DNA from: an uncultured delta proteobacterium
GTDB taxonomy: Bacteria; Desulfobacterota; Binatia; UBA9968
Assembly: GCA_963816145.1 (NCBI GenBank)
Contig: CAWFJP010000030.1
Span: 1 to 64,000 of the forward strand
Length of the DNA: 64,000 bases
Reading direction: 5' to 3'
A model generated the notes under the pieces. The model searched no databases, was not told the DNA's origin, and was given only the letters and a program-made list of their open reading frames with translations. The position numbers and the translations under genes were made by a program. Below are positions 1 to 9,529 of the stretch, in pieces. Within the stretch, counting starts at the first letter, position 1. The number at the start of each line of letters is the position of its first letter.

Positions 1-121
1 TGCACGGATTCAGTCTTACTACAGTTTGACAAGAAATGCCGAGATGGGATCGCGCTTTGTTACGCATTTGAATCTGTCGTCGCAGCGTCGATAGCGCCCA
101 ACAAATCACGCCATCATGTGA

Positions 122-150
122 TTGACTCCCCTCCCCCGCCGCCATACTAT
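122..150 (+). promoter_or_regulatory. sigma70-type promoter of ubiD
   Basis: TTGACT(122-127)-17 bp-TACTAT(145-150), then RBS GGAGGA 163-168 and ATG 173. Confidence 0.7.
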
Positions 151-172
151 TGCGCCAATTCCGGAGGACATC

Positions 173-1603
173 ATGGCTGACGTAACCGACATGCGAGGGT
201 ACATCGAAGTGCTCAAAGAGATGGGCGAACTGCGCGAGTTTGACGGCGTGGATTTGAATTTGGAAGTGGGCGCGCTCACCGAACGGGCGGCGGAAAAAGA
301 AGGCGATGCGCTGCTGTTTAACAACTTTAAAGATTATCCGTCCGGGTTTCGAGTGATCACCAACGTCTTTCGCACCTGCAAGCGCACCGGACCGGCGATG
401 GGCATCGCCGCGCAAAACGGCATCGACTATCTCTATGAATGGCGCAAAAAGCTTGCGGCTTACAAACCTGTGCCGGTGCAGCAGGTCGAAGGCGGCCCGG
501 TGATGGAAAACCAGATGGTCGACGACCAGGTCGACCTCTATAAATTTCCCACACCCAAATGGCATGATCTCGACGGCGGGCCGTTCATCGGCACTGGCTG
601 CGGCGTCATCACCAGAGATCTCGACACCGGCAAGGTCAATATCGGCACCTACCGGGTCATGGTGCAGGATAAAAATCATGTCTCGGTGAAAATGAACATG
701 GGCAAACATGGCCGGCTCGCTTTCGAGCGCGCCCGCGATGCGGGTAAGCCTTTGCCGATTGCGATCACCCTGGGCCAAGGCCCCGCGGTGTTTCTCGCGG
801 CGCAGATGCCGCTGCCGCCGGATGTCAACGAATTTGAATTTGCCGGTTATCTTCAAGGCGCGCCCGTGCCGGTCGCGTGCGGCGCCGTCACCGGATTGCC
901 GATACCCGCCAATGCCGAGATCGTTCTCGAAGGCGAACTGCCGCCGATGAAAGACGAGGACATGCCGAAGGAAGGTCCCTTCGGCGAGTGGCCGGGATAT
1001 TTCACCGAAGAGAATGTCGGCGAGACCCCGGTGATGACCGTCAAGCGGGTTTATTACCGAAATAATCCTATCCTCCTCGGCGCGCCGCCGCTCAAGCCGC
1101 CGGCGAGTTATCTGCCGATGCCGCTGGGCGCGGCGACCTTGTGGGAGCAGTTGGAAAAGGCCGGTATCCCCGAAGTCAAAGGCGTGTGGGGCTTTGTCTA
1201 CGGCGGCCAGCCGGGACCGTTCACCGTGGTCTCGATCAAACAGCGCTACGCTGGCCACGCCAAGCAAGCCCTGCTGGTCGCTGCCGGCGCCCGGGCGGGC
1301 GCTTACGGCGGCAAGTTTGTCGTGGTTGTCGATGATGACATCGACATCACCAATCCCGGCGAAGTGATCTGGGCGATCGCCACGCGCTGCTACGTGCGCG
1401 GCGGCATCGACGTCGTCAAGGACGTTTGGGCCTCGGTCTGTGAGCCCGCCATGCCGCCGGAGGAGCGTTCGCCGCGCGGCTACACCTCCGACCGCGTGCT
1501 CATCGACGCCTGCCGGCCCTACAAGTGGATGGATCAGTTCCCGGCGGTGAACGCCTTCGAAAAGGACTTCAAAGATAAGATCGCCGATAAATTTAAGCTA
1601 TGA
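173..1603 (+). CDS. UbiD family prFMN-dependent (de)carboxylase
   Basis: GTYR, EGPFGEWPGY, VVVDDDIDI and IDACRP motifs; start re-chosen at ATG 173 after GGAGGA. Confidence 0.92.
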   Translation: MADVTDMRGYIEVLKEMGELREFDGVDLNLEVGALTERAAEKEGDALLFNNFKDYPSGFRVITNVFRTCKRTGPAMGIAAQNGIDYLYEWRKKLAAYKPVPVQQVEGGPVMENQMVDDQVDLYKFPTPKWHDLDGGPFIGTGCGVITRDLDTGKVNIGTYRVMVQDKNHVSVKMNMGKHGRLAFERARDAGKPLPIAITLGQGPAVFLAAQMPLPPDVNEFEFAGYLQGAPVPVACGAVTGLPIPANAEIVLEGELPPMKDEDMPKEGPFGEWPGYFTEENVGETPVMTVKRVYYRNNPILLGAPPLKPPASYLPMPLGAATLWEQLEKAGIPEVKGVWGFVYGGQPGPFTVVSIKQRYAGHAKQALLVAAGARAGAYGGKFVVVVDDDIDITNPGEVIWAIATRCYVRGGIDVVKDVWASVCEPAMPPEERSPRGYTSDRVLIDACRPYKWMDQFPAVNAFEKDFKDKIADKFKL

Positions 1604-1703
1604 GCGTTTGCCGCAGGGTCACCGGCGAGGCGCAATAGATCGCTCGAACGAACGTCAAAGTAGATGATATCGGGCGGCCACCCGGCCTCGAAGGAGTCGG
1701 CAT

Positions 1704-2354
1704 ATGGGCACGATCGAATTATTGAGTTTGGCGATGGGCACGGCCTGGACCTCGGGCATCAATCTTTACGCCACCGTGGCGGCCTTGGGCATCGCCCGGC
1801 AGATGGAGCTCATTCAATTGCCGCAGAACCTTGAAGTACTCGCCCATCCTGCGGTGATCGCCATCGCCTGCATCATGTATTTCATCGAGTTTTTCGCCGA
1901 CAAGGTGCCATACTTGGACAGCGGTTGGGACGCGCTCCACACTTTTATTCGTGTGCCGGCCGGCGCTATCTTGGCCGCAAGGGCGTTGGGCGATATGAAT
2001 CCGGCCCTGGAATTGGCCGCCATGCTCGCCGGCGGCTCCATCGCCTTGGCCGCTCACGGCGCCAAAGCGACCACGCGCTTGGCGATCAACGCCAGTCCGG
2101 AGCCGTTCACCAATTGGACCGCCAGCGTCACCGAAGATATCGCCGTATTGGGCGGCATCTGGATGATTTTCAATCATCCGATTGTCATGATAGTTCTCGT
2201 CGTAGCTTTCATCGGGTTGGGAGTTTGGATCGTGCCGAAAATTATTCGCATGGCCAAGCGCGGCTTCCAAGCGCTGCGCGACCGCATGCGCGGCGCTAAA
2301 CCCGATCAAACGGCGCCGACGAACGGCTCGCCGCCGGCGGTGGTGAATTCTTGA
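1704..2354 (+). CDS. DUF4126 membrane protein
   Basis: SGINLYAT, EFFADKVPYLDSGWD and SPEPFTNW motifs; hydrophobic; RBS AAGGAG. Confidence 0.85.
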   Translation: MGTIELLSLAMGTAWTSGINLYATVAALGIARQMELIQLPQNLEVLAHPAVIAIACIMYFIEFFADKVPYLDSGWDALHTFIRVPAGAILAARALGDMNPALELAAMLAGGSIALAAHGAKATTRLAINASPEPFTNWTASVTEDIAVLGGIWMIFNHPIVMIVLVVAFIGLGVWIVPKIIRMAKRGFQALRDRMRGAKPDQTAPTNGSPPAVVNS

Positions 2355-2377
2355 ATGACCGGTCATAGATAAATCCA

Positions 2378-3238
2378 ATGGAAGCTCAATCGACACCAAC
2401 TCAAACTGGCGATCTGCCGGCAACACCGCTGACCCTTGACGGCTCCTATCTACTGCATCAAATGCTTCGGGTGCGCTGGCCGGCCTGGAAAGCGCTCGGC
2501 CACACCCAGCAGAAACATATTTTAGAAAGAGCCGTGACACTATTCGGCGAATTAGAAGCGAACAAGCAAGCCGCCACCGGGCTCTTCTCGATGCTTGGGC
2601 ATAAAGGCGATTTGATGGTCGTCCACTTTCGCAATACTCTCGACGACCTGAACGGCGCCGAATTGGCGATTGCCAACAGCGAGCTGAACGAATACCTCGA
2701 ACCGACGACTTCTTATCTCTCGGTGGTCGAACTCGGACTCTACGAAGGGTCGGTAAAACTCTACGCCGAACTCACCGCCAAAGGTCTCAAGCCCGGCACC
2801 GCCGACTGGAACCGCGAGCTCGAAGCGGAATTGTCCAAGCAGCGCGAAACTTCCGCGCCGCGCCTGTGGCCGGAAATCCCGCTGCGCCGCTATCTGTGTT
2901 TTTATCCGATGAATAAATATCGCGGTGAAGCGAAGAATTGGTACAGCGAGCCGATCCGCGAGCGCCAACGCATGATGCGCGACCATGGCATGATCGGCCG
3001 CCACTACGCCGGCCGGGTCACGCAGATCATATCCGGCTCCATCGGCTTCGACGATTGGGAGTGGGGCGTCGATCTGTTCGCCGACGATCCGCTGGTATTC
3101 AAGAAGCTCGTTTACGAAATGCGCTTTGACGAAGCCAGCGCGGTCTACGGTCTGTTCGGCAGTTTCTTCGTCGGCCTGCGTTTCCCGGTCAACCAGCTCG
3201 AAGTTTTTCTTGCCGGCAAGACACCTAGTTTCAGTTAG
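2378..3238 (+). CDS. hemQ: coproheme decarboxylase / chlorite dismutase family heme protein
   Basis: GHKGDLM, YLSVVELGLY, YPMNK, NWY, HGMIGRHY and SGSIGFDDWEWGVDL motifs. Confidence 0.82.
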   Translation: MEAQSTPTQTGDLPATPLTLDGSYLLHQMLRVRWPAWKALGHTQQKHILERAVTLFGELEANKQAATGLFSMLGHKGDLMVVHFRNTLDDLNGAELAIANSELNEYLEPTTSYLSVVELGLYEGSVKLYAELTAKGLKPGTADWNRELEAELSKQRETSAPRLWPEIPLRRYLCFYPMNKYRGEAKNWYSEPIRERQRMMRDHGMIGRHYAGRVTQIISGSIGFDDWEWGVDLFADDPLVFKKLVYEMRFDEASAVYGLFGSFFVGLRFPVNQLEVFLAGKTPSFS

Positions 3239-3295
3239 TTTCCCATCGGCGAGTTTTGCATGGCGCGAGCACTCAGGCTCGGCAACGGAGAATCT

Positions 3296-4057
3296 ATGCG
3301 GCTCAAAAACAAAGTCACGATAATCACCGGCGCGGCCCACGGCATCGGCAAGGCCTACGCTAAACGTTTTGCCGAAGAAGGCGCGCATGTGGTGATCGCC
3401 GACATCGATGCCGCCGGTGGAGTGGCTACGGCCAAAGCGATCCTCGACGCCGGCGGCTCAGCCTGGGCGCGCAGCACCGACGTCCGTAGTCTGCCCAACC
3501 TCCAAGGGTTGATGCAGGAAACCGTGAATAAATTCGGCCGCGTCGACGTGCTGCTCAACAACGCGGCGATCTACGTCACGCAGAAGTTGTGGAAAGGCCC
3601 GGTGGAAGATTTGGATCTGGATGAATGGGACCGTGTCATCGAAGTCAATTTGAAAGGCGTCTTTTTGTGCAGCAAAGCGGCGATCCCGATCATGAAGGCG
3701 CAACGCTCGGGCAAGATCATCAACATCGCTTCGGGCACGTTTTTTAGCGGCTCGGGCAACATGCCGCATTACACCACGGCCAAAGGCGGCGTGGTCGCGC
3801 TCACTCGCGTGATGGCGCGTCAGCTGGGCGAATACGGCATCAACGTCAACTGCATGACCCCGGGCTCGACCATGAGCGAGGAAAATGTCTCCGAAGAAGT
3901 CTTGAAACGGCGCGAGGGTAGCATGGACAAACGCGCCTTCCGCCGCATCGAAACCCCCGCCGACATCGTCGGCACCGCGCTGTTTCTCGCCAGTTCCGAC
4001 AGCGACTTCATCACCGGTCAGTTGCTCGTCGTCGAAGGCGGCGGGGTGATGCACTGA
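3296..4057 (+). CDS. SDR family NAD(P)-dependent oxidoreductase
   Basis: TGAAHGIG, NNAA and YxxxK (YTTAK); ATG 3296 follows GGAG. Confidence 0.92.
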   Translation: MRLKNKVTIITGAAHGIGKAYAKRFAEEGAHVVIADIDAAGGVATAKAILDAGGSAWARSTDVRSLPNLQGLMQETVNKFGRVDVLLNNAAIYVTQKLWKGPVEDLDLDEWDRVIEVNLKGVFLCSKAAIPIMKAQRSGKIINIASGTFFSGSGNMPHYTTAKGGVVALTRVMARQLGEYGINVNCMTPGSTMSEENVSEEVLKRREGSMDKRAFRRIETPADIVGTALFLASSDSDFITGQLLVVEGGGVMH

Positions 4058-4100
4058 CGCCCGGTTCGGAAACGAGTCGGCAATCTTTTCGCGATGGGTT

Positions 4101-4619
4101 TTAGTTGGAACTTCCGGTCACGCCGTAAACATGACCGCAGGCGTTGCAGAGCACGACGTTGAAGGGCGAGAGGACGAAATGTTTGCCGCGCGCGCTGCCT
4201 GAACCGCCTTTGCGTGAGACAATGTGATCGATACCGACGACAGAACATGACGGGCACTTGGGTTCCGGGTCGATTTTCTGTTTGAATTCTTGCTTGGTAT
4301 TAAAGCCGCTGGCCGACCCGTGGCCATTACCGTTAAACGGCTGCTCTTCTTTTTCATTCGCCTCTTCGTCGGCTGGCTCTTCGCTCTCCTCGGCTCCCGC
4401 TGGGTGCTTGATGCTATCGTAGACACGTCGTTTCAAGGCATCGGATAGCACCGCGTAAGCGTCACGCACTTGATTGAATTTGTCGGCGGCTTCCGGGTTG
4501 TCCGGGTTGCGGTCCGGATGAAAACGAAAAACCATCTGACGGTAGGCGCGCTTGATGTCGTCCACCGTGGCGCTCGGCTTGATCCCTAGAATGGAATAGT
4601 AATCGATGGAGGTGTCCAA
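4101..4619 (-). CDS. J-domain protein with acidic linker and C-terminal CxxC/CxxC zinc ribbon
   Basis: DYYSILG...HPDRN J domain; CPSC and CNAC. Confidence 0.85.
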   Translation of the reverse strand: MDTSIDYYSILGIKPSATVDDIKRAYRQMVFRFHPDRNPDNPEAADKFNQVRDAYAVLSDALKRRVYDSIKHPAGAEESEEPADEEANEKEEQPFNGNGHGSASGFNTKQEFKQKIDPEPKCPSCSVVGIDHIVSRKGGSGSARGKHFVLSPFNVVLCNACGHVYGVTGSSN

Positions 4620-4676
4620 TTTCGCAGGCCTTCGGCAGTTATCTAGAAATCATGCGCAAGCTCGATCCGATCGGGG

Positions 4677-5189
4677 TTAGCGGCAGCGGCGGCCGGTTCC
4701 GGTCAACTTGCCGCGTTGCTTGTACATGCTCACACACATGTCGTAGATCGCCGCGCCGGCGCGGTCGTCGACGACATGCTCGCCGTCACGGCTGATATAT
4801 TCGACGATGAAGGTCGACTCCTTGGCGCGCGAGTCATTATTGTTGGCCAAACGGATTAGCTGTGCTTCATTCCGATCAAGAAAACCGCCGATGGTACGAA
4901 AGACTTGCGGTTGATTGAGAAAATCCTTCGGCGGCGCGGCCTTGCCACGATTCTCACTACCCTGCTGGTCCAATTCTTTGATATCGCTCGGGCGATATTT
5001 CAGTTCCACCGGGGTTGCCGCCGGCGGCGCTTGATAGCCGCATAGGGCGATAAACTCCCCGCCTTCGAAGCGGATGTCGAAGGTCTTCAGTTCACGCCGC
5101 TCTAAGTCTTGGCCGATACTACGCAGCGCCGTGGCAAAGTCAAATTTCAGGCGTTTGGCCCTCCTGAATGGGCGCGGTTTGGTAACCAT
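4677..5189 (-). CDS. hypothetical protein
   Basis: 170-aa ORF, ATG after AGGGA, protein-like composition, no family recognised. Confidence 0.65.
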   Translation of the reverse strand: MVTKPRPFRRAKRLKFDFATALRSIGQDLERRELKTFDIRFEGGEFIALCGYQAPPAATPVELKYRPSDIKELDQQGSENRGKAAPPKDFLNQPQVFRTIGGFLDRNEAQLIRLANNNDSRAKESTFIVEYISRDGEHVVDDRAGAAIYDMCVSMYKQRGKLTGTGRRCR

Positions 5190-5339
5190 GATTCCCTATA
5201 AGGACCTGTTTTATCAATGGTAAGAACAGTAGCGCAAGAAATCAACAAAAAAGATCGGCAGCGTCGCCAAAAAGCTGACTCTGCCTAAATTTAGGTTTGT
5301 GCCCGGTAAATTCGAGGTAGTTAGGCGGAATTGCAGATG

Positions 5340-5957
5340 TTAATCGGGCAAAGTCGGCAATGCATTCATGACCCCGATCATGCTGTCACGCGTTACCAGT
5401 TTCGCTAGATCGTCTTCACTCCACCCAGCCGTGCCGGCGGGGCGCAATGGCATGACGATATAGCGAATGTCCGCGGTGCTATCATGCACCCGCACTTCGA
5501 CGTCGTCGGGGAGCTCCAAACCGAACTCGCGCATGACGCCGCGCGGGTCCGATACCGAACGCTGGCGATAGTTGAAACTCTTGTACCAATCTGGCGGCCG
5601 GCCAAGGATCGGCCGCGGATAGCAAGAACATAAGGTACACACCACCATGTGGCGCACTTTCGGCGTATTTTCCAAAACGACAAACTCGTTAATCGCCGTG
5701 GCGTCGATACCCATCTCGGCACAGGCAGTTTTCGGGTCGGCGATGAAACGCGCTTTGAACGCTGGATCGACCCAGGCCCTGGCGACCAGCTTGGCGCCGT
5801 TGGCGGGTGTGCGCGCCTCCTGGTATTCGATCTGGCACTGAATGTCTTTATCTGTGATCACACCCTTTTCGATCAACAGGTCGCGCATGGCATATATCCG
5901 TTTAGCGTAATAACTCAATTCATGCTTGGGATGATCATTTCCATGGTCGTCGCTCAT
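5340..5957 (-). CDS. cobalt-type nitrile hydratase alpha / thiocyanate hydrolase gamma-like subunit
   Basis: VVCTLCSCYPRPILG metal-binding motif; GAKLVARAWVDP; HDSTADIRYIVMP. Confidence 0.92.
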   Translation of the reverse strand: MSDDHGNDHPKHELSYYAKRIYAMRDLLIEKGVITDKDIQCQIEYQEARTPANGAKLVARAWVDPAFKARFIADPKTACAEMGIDATAINEFVVLENTPKVRHMVVCTLCSCYPRPILGRPPDWYKSFNYRQRSVSDPRGVMREFGLELPDDVEVRVHDSTADIRYIVMPLRPAGTAGWSEDDLAKLVTRDSMIGVMNALPTLPD

Positions 5958-6259
5958 AACATCTCCTTAACCAGCGGCTCGAGCCAGTGATCGTAGATAT
6001 CGACGAGAATCTTGTCGTTGGCACCCTGGGGCTTGCCGAATACTTCGCTGTAATCGAAGGCAACCAAATAGAGAGTCTTCTTGGGCAAGCCATCCTTGCC
6101 GAAGGCGAGTAATTCAGGATTGAGAAAGTCGCCGTAGACCCGTTCGATCCAACCGCTCTTGCCGCGGATGTACCAGGGTGTGCGCAGATGACCCGGGCGA
6201 TCTTCGAATTTGACTTTCACCCGATCGCCGGATTTAAATCTGCCGGTGGCGAGAGTCAC
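5954..6259 (-). CDS. nitrile hydratase beta C-terminal SH3-like subunit (thiocyanate hydrolase alpha-like)
   Basis: FKSGDRVKV, GHLRTPWYIRGKSG and VDIYDHWLEP; GTG 6259 overlaps the upstream TGA. Confidence 0.85.
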   Translation of the reverse strand: MTLATGRFKSGDRVKVKFEDRPGHLRTPWYIRGKSGWIERVYGDFLNPELLAFGKDGLPKKTLYLVAFDYSEVFGKPQGANDKILVDIYDHWLEPLVKEML

Positions 6260-6567
6260 GGCTCGCCCCACTTCGATTCGAATACCGTGAGCTTCTGGTC
6301 GATCTCTTCTTTGGTGAGAATATTTTTTTCGATGAGAATCGCTTCGATGCTGGCGATCCAACGCTCGTAATAAGTCATATCGCGGTACGCCGCGGAATCC
6401 ATCTCCTCGCGCGCCCGGCGCATTTCGTCGGTACGCTTGATGCCGCGTGCGCCCAGCGCCTGGTTGACGGCATCGGCGAGAATCTCCCAATCCGACAATG
6501 CATGCTCTGCCTGATCGATATCGCCCGCTCCGGGCAATCCACCGACATCGTGATGACCGCGCGCCAT
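6256..6567 (-). CDS. nitrile hydratase beta N-terminal subunit (thiocyanate hydrolase beta-like)
   Basis: HDVGG, DEMRRARE and YYERW motifs; RBS GGAGG. Confidence 0.87.
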   Translation of the reverse strand: MARGHHDVGGLPGAGDIDQAEHALSDWEILADAVNQALGARGIKRTDEMRRAREEMDSAAYRDMTYYERWIASIEAILIEKNILTKEEIDQKLTVFESKWGEP

Positions 6568-6582
6568 AAAATCCCTCCCAGG

Positions 6583-8355
6583 TTAGCCTTTGAGCCGGTT
6601 GGCTAGCGCGCCATGTTCTTCCTTCATGCCCGCCGGTAGATGATCGCCGAAGGTATCGAAGAAATCGCTCTGGCTTTTCAAATTATTTTTCCATCCCGCA
6701 CGATCGACCGACAACAACTGATCAACATCGGCCTTGGAAATATCGAGCCCGTCTCCAGTAAGGCCTGACGCTCTTGGAACAAAACCTATCGGCGTCTCGT
6801 CGGCCTGACCGCCGCCCTTTGACCGCTCGACGACCCAGCGTAACACCCGCAGATTTTCGCCGAATCCCGGCCAGAGGAAACGGCCCCGTTCGTTGCGTTG
6901 AAACCAATTGACGCGGAAAACTTTTGGGGGATTGGTCGCCTTCTTGCCCATCGCCAACCAGTGCGCCCAATAGTCACCCATGTTGTAGCCGCAAAACGGC
7001 AGCATCGCCATCGGATCGCGCCGCACCACGCCGACAGCACCGGTGGCCGCCGCCGTGGTTTCGGAAGCCAGCGTCGCGCCGAGGAAAGTGCCGTGCTGCC
7101 AGTTGAAGGATTGGTAGACCAACGGAATCAGCTTTTGCCGGCGCGCGCCGAAGAGAATCGCGCTGATCGGCACACCTTCGGGTTTTTCCCACTCCGGCGA
7201 ATAGGTCGGGCATTGTTTGATCGAAACGGTGAAGCGCGAATTGGGATGCGCCGCCGGACTGCCGCCCTCGGGATCCCAGGGCTTGCCGCGCCAGTCCTGA
7301 GCGTTCGCTGGCACCGGGTCGTCGTGGCCTTCCCACCAGACTGTGCCGTCATCGCGCAGTGCCACGTTGGTGAAGATGGTATCTTTCTGAACTGTCTTCA
7401 CGGCGTTGGGGTTGGTATTCGAACCCGTGCCCGGCGCGACGCCGAAAAAGCCCGCTTCCGGATTGATCGCCCAAAGTCTGCCGTCTTCGCCCACACGCAG
7501 CCATGAGATATCGTCGCCGACAGTGTGAATCTTCCAGCCTTTCATGCTCGCCGGCGGCACCAACATCGCCATGTTGGTCTTGCCGCAAGCGCTCGGGAAC
7601 GCGCCGCAAACATAGGTGATCTCACCGTCGGGATTTTCCACGCCGACGATCAGCATATGCTCGGCCATCCAGCCTTCCTGCTGGCCGAGTTTGCTGGCGA
7701 TGCGCAGGGATAGACACTTTTTCGCCAGCAACGCGTTGCCGCCGTATCCCGAGCCCACGCTCCAAACGGTATTGTCCTGGGGATAATGGCAGATAAAACG
7801 GCGCTCCATATCGAGATCGGCCTTGGAATGGAGGCATCGAGTGAAATCATCGGAGTTGCCGAGATGATCCAAAGCGACCTTACCCATGCGCGTCATCAAG
7901 CGCATGTTGAGCACCACGTAAACGCTATCGGTGACTTGCACGCCGACCTTGCTGAACGACGATCCTTGCGGGCCCATGAGAAAAGGAATGACATAGAGCG
8001 TCCGCCCGCGCATCGCCCCGGCGAAGATCTTGCCGAGCTTGTCGTAGGATTCCGCCGGCGCCATCCAGTTATTGTTGGGCCCGGCCTCTTCCTGTTGATT
8101 AGTACAAACGAAGGTTAGATTCTCCGTGCGCGCGACATCGTTGAGGGCGCTGCGGTGCAGGTAACAGCCTGGCGCTTCTTTCTGATTGAGTGGCAACAGA
8201 TCGCCGCTCTGCACCGCGATCTTGGTCAGCAGTTCTTTTTCTTCTTCCGAACCGTCGCACCAGTAGACGCTATCGGGCTGACACATCGCCGCAACGCTTT
8301 TAACCCAATTTTGAATATGCGGATTTGCCGGAACCGTTCCTGTTACATTACTCAT
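6583..8355 (-). CDS. pckG: phosphoenolpyruvate carboxykinase (GTP)
   Basis: FPSACGKTN, GDDISW, GSGYGGNALL, HPNSRF and WPGFGEN motifs. Confidence 0.96.
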   Translation of the reverse strand: MSNVTGTVPANPHIQNWVKSVAAMCQPDSVYWCDGSEEEKELLTKIAVQSGDLLPLNQKEAPGCYLHRSALNDVARTENLTFVCTNQQEEAGPNNNWMAPAESYDKLGKIFAGAMRGRTLYVIPFLMGPQGSSFSKVGVQVTDSVYVVLNMRLMTRMGKVALDHLGNSDDFTRCLHSKADLDMERRFICHYPQDNTVWSVGSGYGGNALLAKKCLSLRIASKLGQQEGWMAEHMLIVGVENPDGEITYVCGAFPSACGKTNMAMLVPPASMKGWKIHTVGDDISWLRVGEDGRLWAINPEAGFFGVAPGTGSNTNPNAVKTVQKDTIFTNVALRDDGTVWWEGHDDPVPANAQDWRGKPWDPEGGSPAAHPNSRFTVSIKQCPTYSPEWEKPEGVPISAILFGARRQKLIPLVYQSFNWQHGTFLGATLASETTAAATGAVGVVRRDPMAMLPFCGYNMGDYWAHWLAMGKKATNPPKVFRVNWFQRNERGRFLWPGFGENLRVLRWVVERSKGGGQADETPIGFVPRASGLTGDGLDISKADVDQLLSVDRAGWKNNLKSQSDFFDTFGDHLPAGMKEEHGALANRLKG

Positions 8356-8482
8356 GGGATATCAATGCATCCTTTCTTAATCGACTGGGAGAGACTTACG
8401 AATCGACCGAACACAGCATCTGAGACGGCCTCACAATCGCCATCCAAGATGGCGATATCGTTCACGTTCGGTAAGGAATCGT

Positions 8483-8513
8483 ACCCTATCTATTGACCCG
8501 GCTGATGTCAATA
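8483..8513 (-). promoter_or_regulatory. sigma70-type promoter of pckG overlapping an inverted repeat
   Basis: Minus-strand TTGACA (8511-8506)-17 bp-TAGGGT (8488-8483); TATTGAC-N9-GTCAATA at 8491-8513. Confidence 0.5.
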
Positions 8514-8539
8514 AACCGCGGCCACCGGTAGCGCAGAAC

Positions 8540-9460
8540 TCAATGGAAGACGCGGTATAATCGCCACCTGCCGCCGGGCAAATCTTCGCTCCACTGCACC
8601 AGCGCAATGAGCGCATCGGCTTGATCGAGAATCGACAGCAAAGTTGCACCTTTTCCCGGCAGTCGTAGCTGCGCCAAGACTTCTTGCTGCCCCTGGCGCA
8701 ATCGGGCAATCGATCGGCCGTCCCAGGTCACCGCGGGCAAATGGCGTAAGGCTTTAGCCAGCGTGACCAATGGCACGGTACCGCCGTCCATGGCGGCTTC
8801 AAGCTGCTCGATGGTTACCGCTTCTTCCAGCGATAGATGATCGCAAGCCAGGCGCCGGAGCTTTTTCAGGTGAGCGCCGCAGCCCAACTCCGTGCCCATA
8901 TCAGCAGCCAATGTCCGCACGTAAGTGCCGCGCGAGCAGCTAACATCGAACTCGATCTCGGTGTCGCTTATACGATGGAGTTCGAGCCGATCGATCTGTA
9001 TGGAGCGCGGCGCGCGCTCGATCTCCTGGCCTTGCCGAGCGAGTTCGTACAAGCGCACGCCATCTTTTTTCAAAGCCGAGAACATCGGCGGCACCTGGGT
9101 TTGAGCGCCGAAGAATTTCACTTCCAGCCGCCGCAAATCGTCATCCGTCAAGACCGGCACCGCCCGCTCATCGATGATTTTTCCGGTTGCATCTTGGCTG
9201 TCCGTGGCAATCCCCAGAACCATGACCGCCCGATAGCTTTTTACGCCGCCGAGAAAAACCTCGGCGATCTTGGTGCCCTCGTTGACACCGATCGGCAGCA
9301 GACCCGAAGCGAACGGGTCGAGGGTGCCCAAATGACCCACCCGTTTAGCGCCAAGAATTTTCTTGACGCGATACACCACATGGGCCGATGACGGTCCTTC
9401 GGGTTTATCGATCAAAAGCAGACCGCTCTGGTGAAAGGACATAACCTCGCTAACTGCCAC
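8540..9460 (-). CDS. truB: tRNA pseudouridine(55) synthase
   Basis: GHLGTLDPFASG, QVPPMFSA and CSRGTYVRTL; downstream of rbfA. Confidence 0.96.
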   Translation of the reverse strand: MAVSEVMSFHQSGLLLIDKPEGPSSAHVVYRVKKILGAKRVGHLGTLDPFASGLLPIGVNEGTKIAEVFLGGVKSYRAVMVLGIATDSQDATGKIIDERAVPVLTDDDLRRLEVKFFGAQTQVPPMFSALKKDGVRLYELARQGQEIERAPRSIQIDRLELHRISDTEIEFDVSCSRGTYVRTLAADMGTELGCGAHLKKLRRLACDHLSLEEAVTIEQLEAAMDGGTVPLVTLAKALRHLPAVTWDGRSIARLRQGQQEVLAQLRLPGKGATLLSILDQADALIALVQWSEDLPGGRWRLYRVFH

Positions 9461-9529
9461 GACAAGAAATTTGCGGCGAAACCGTAACCGGTATTGAAAC
9501 CGACATCTGTCGGCAACCCGAAGGCAGCC

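Noticed and set aside
5954-6490. 178-aa ORF suggesting a frameshifted single NHase beta gene
   Set aside because: The GTGA stop/start overlap at 6256-6259 and the known three-subunit architecture fit two genuine genes.
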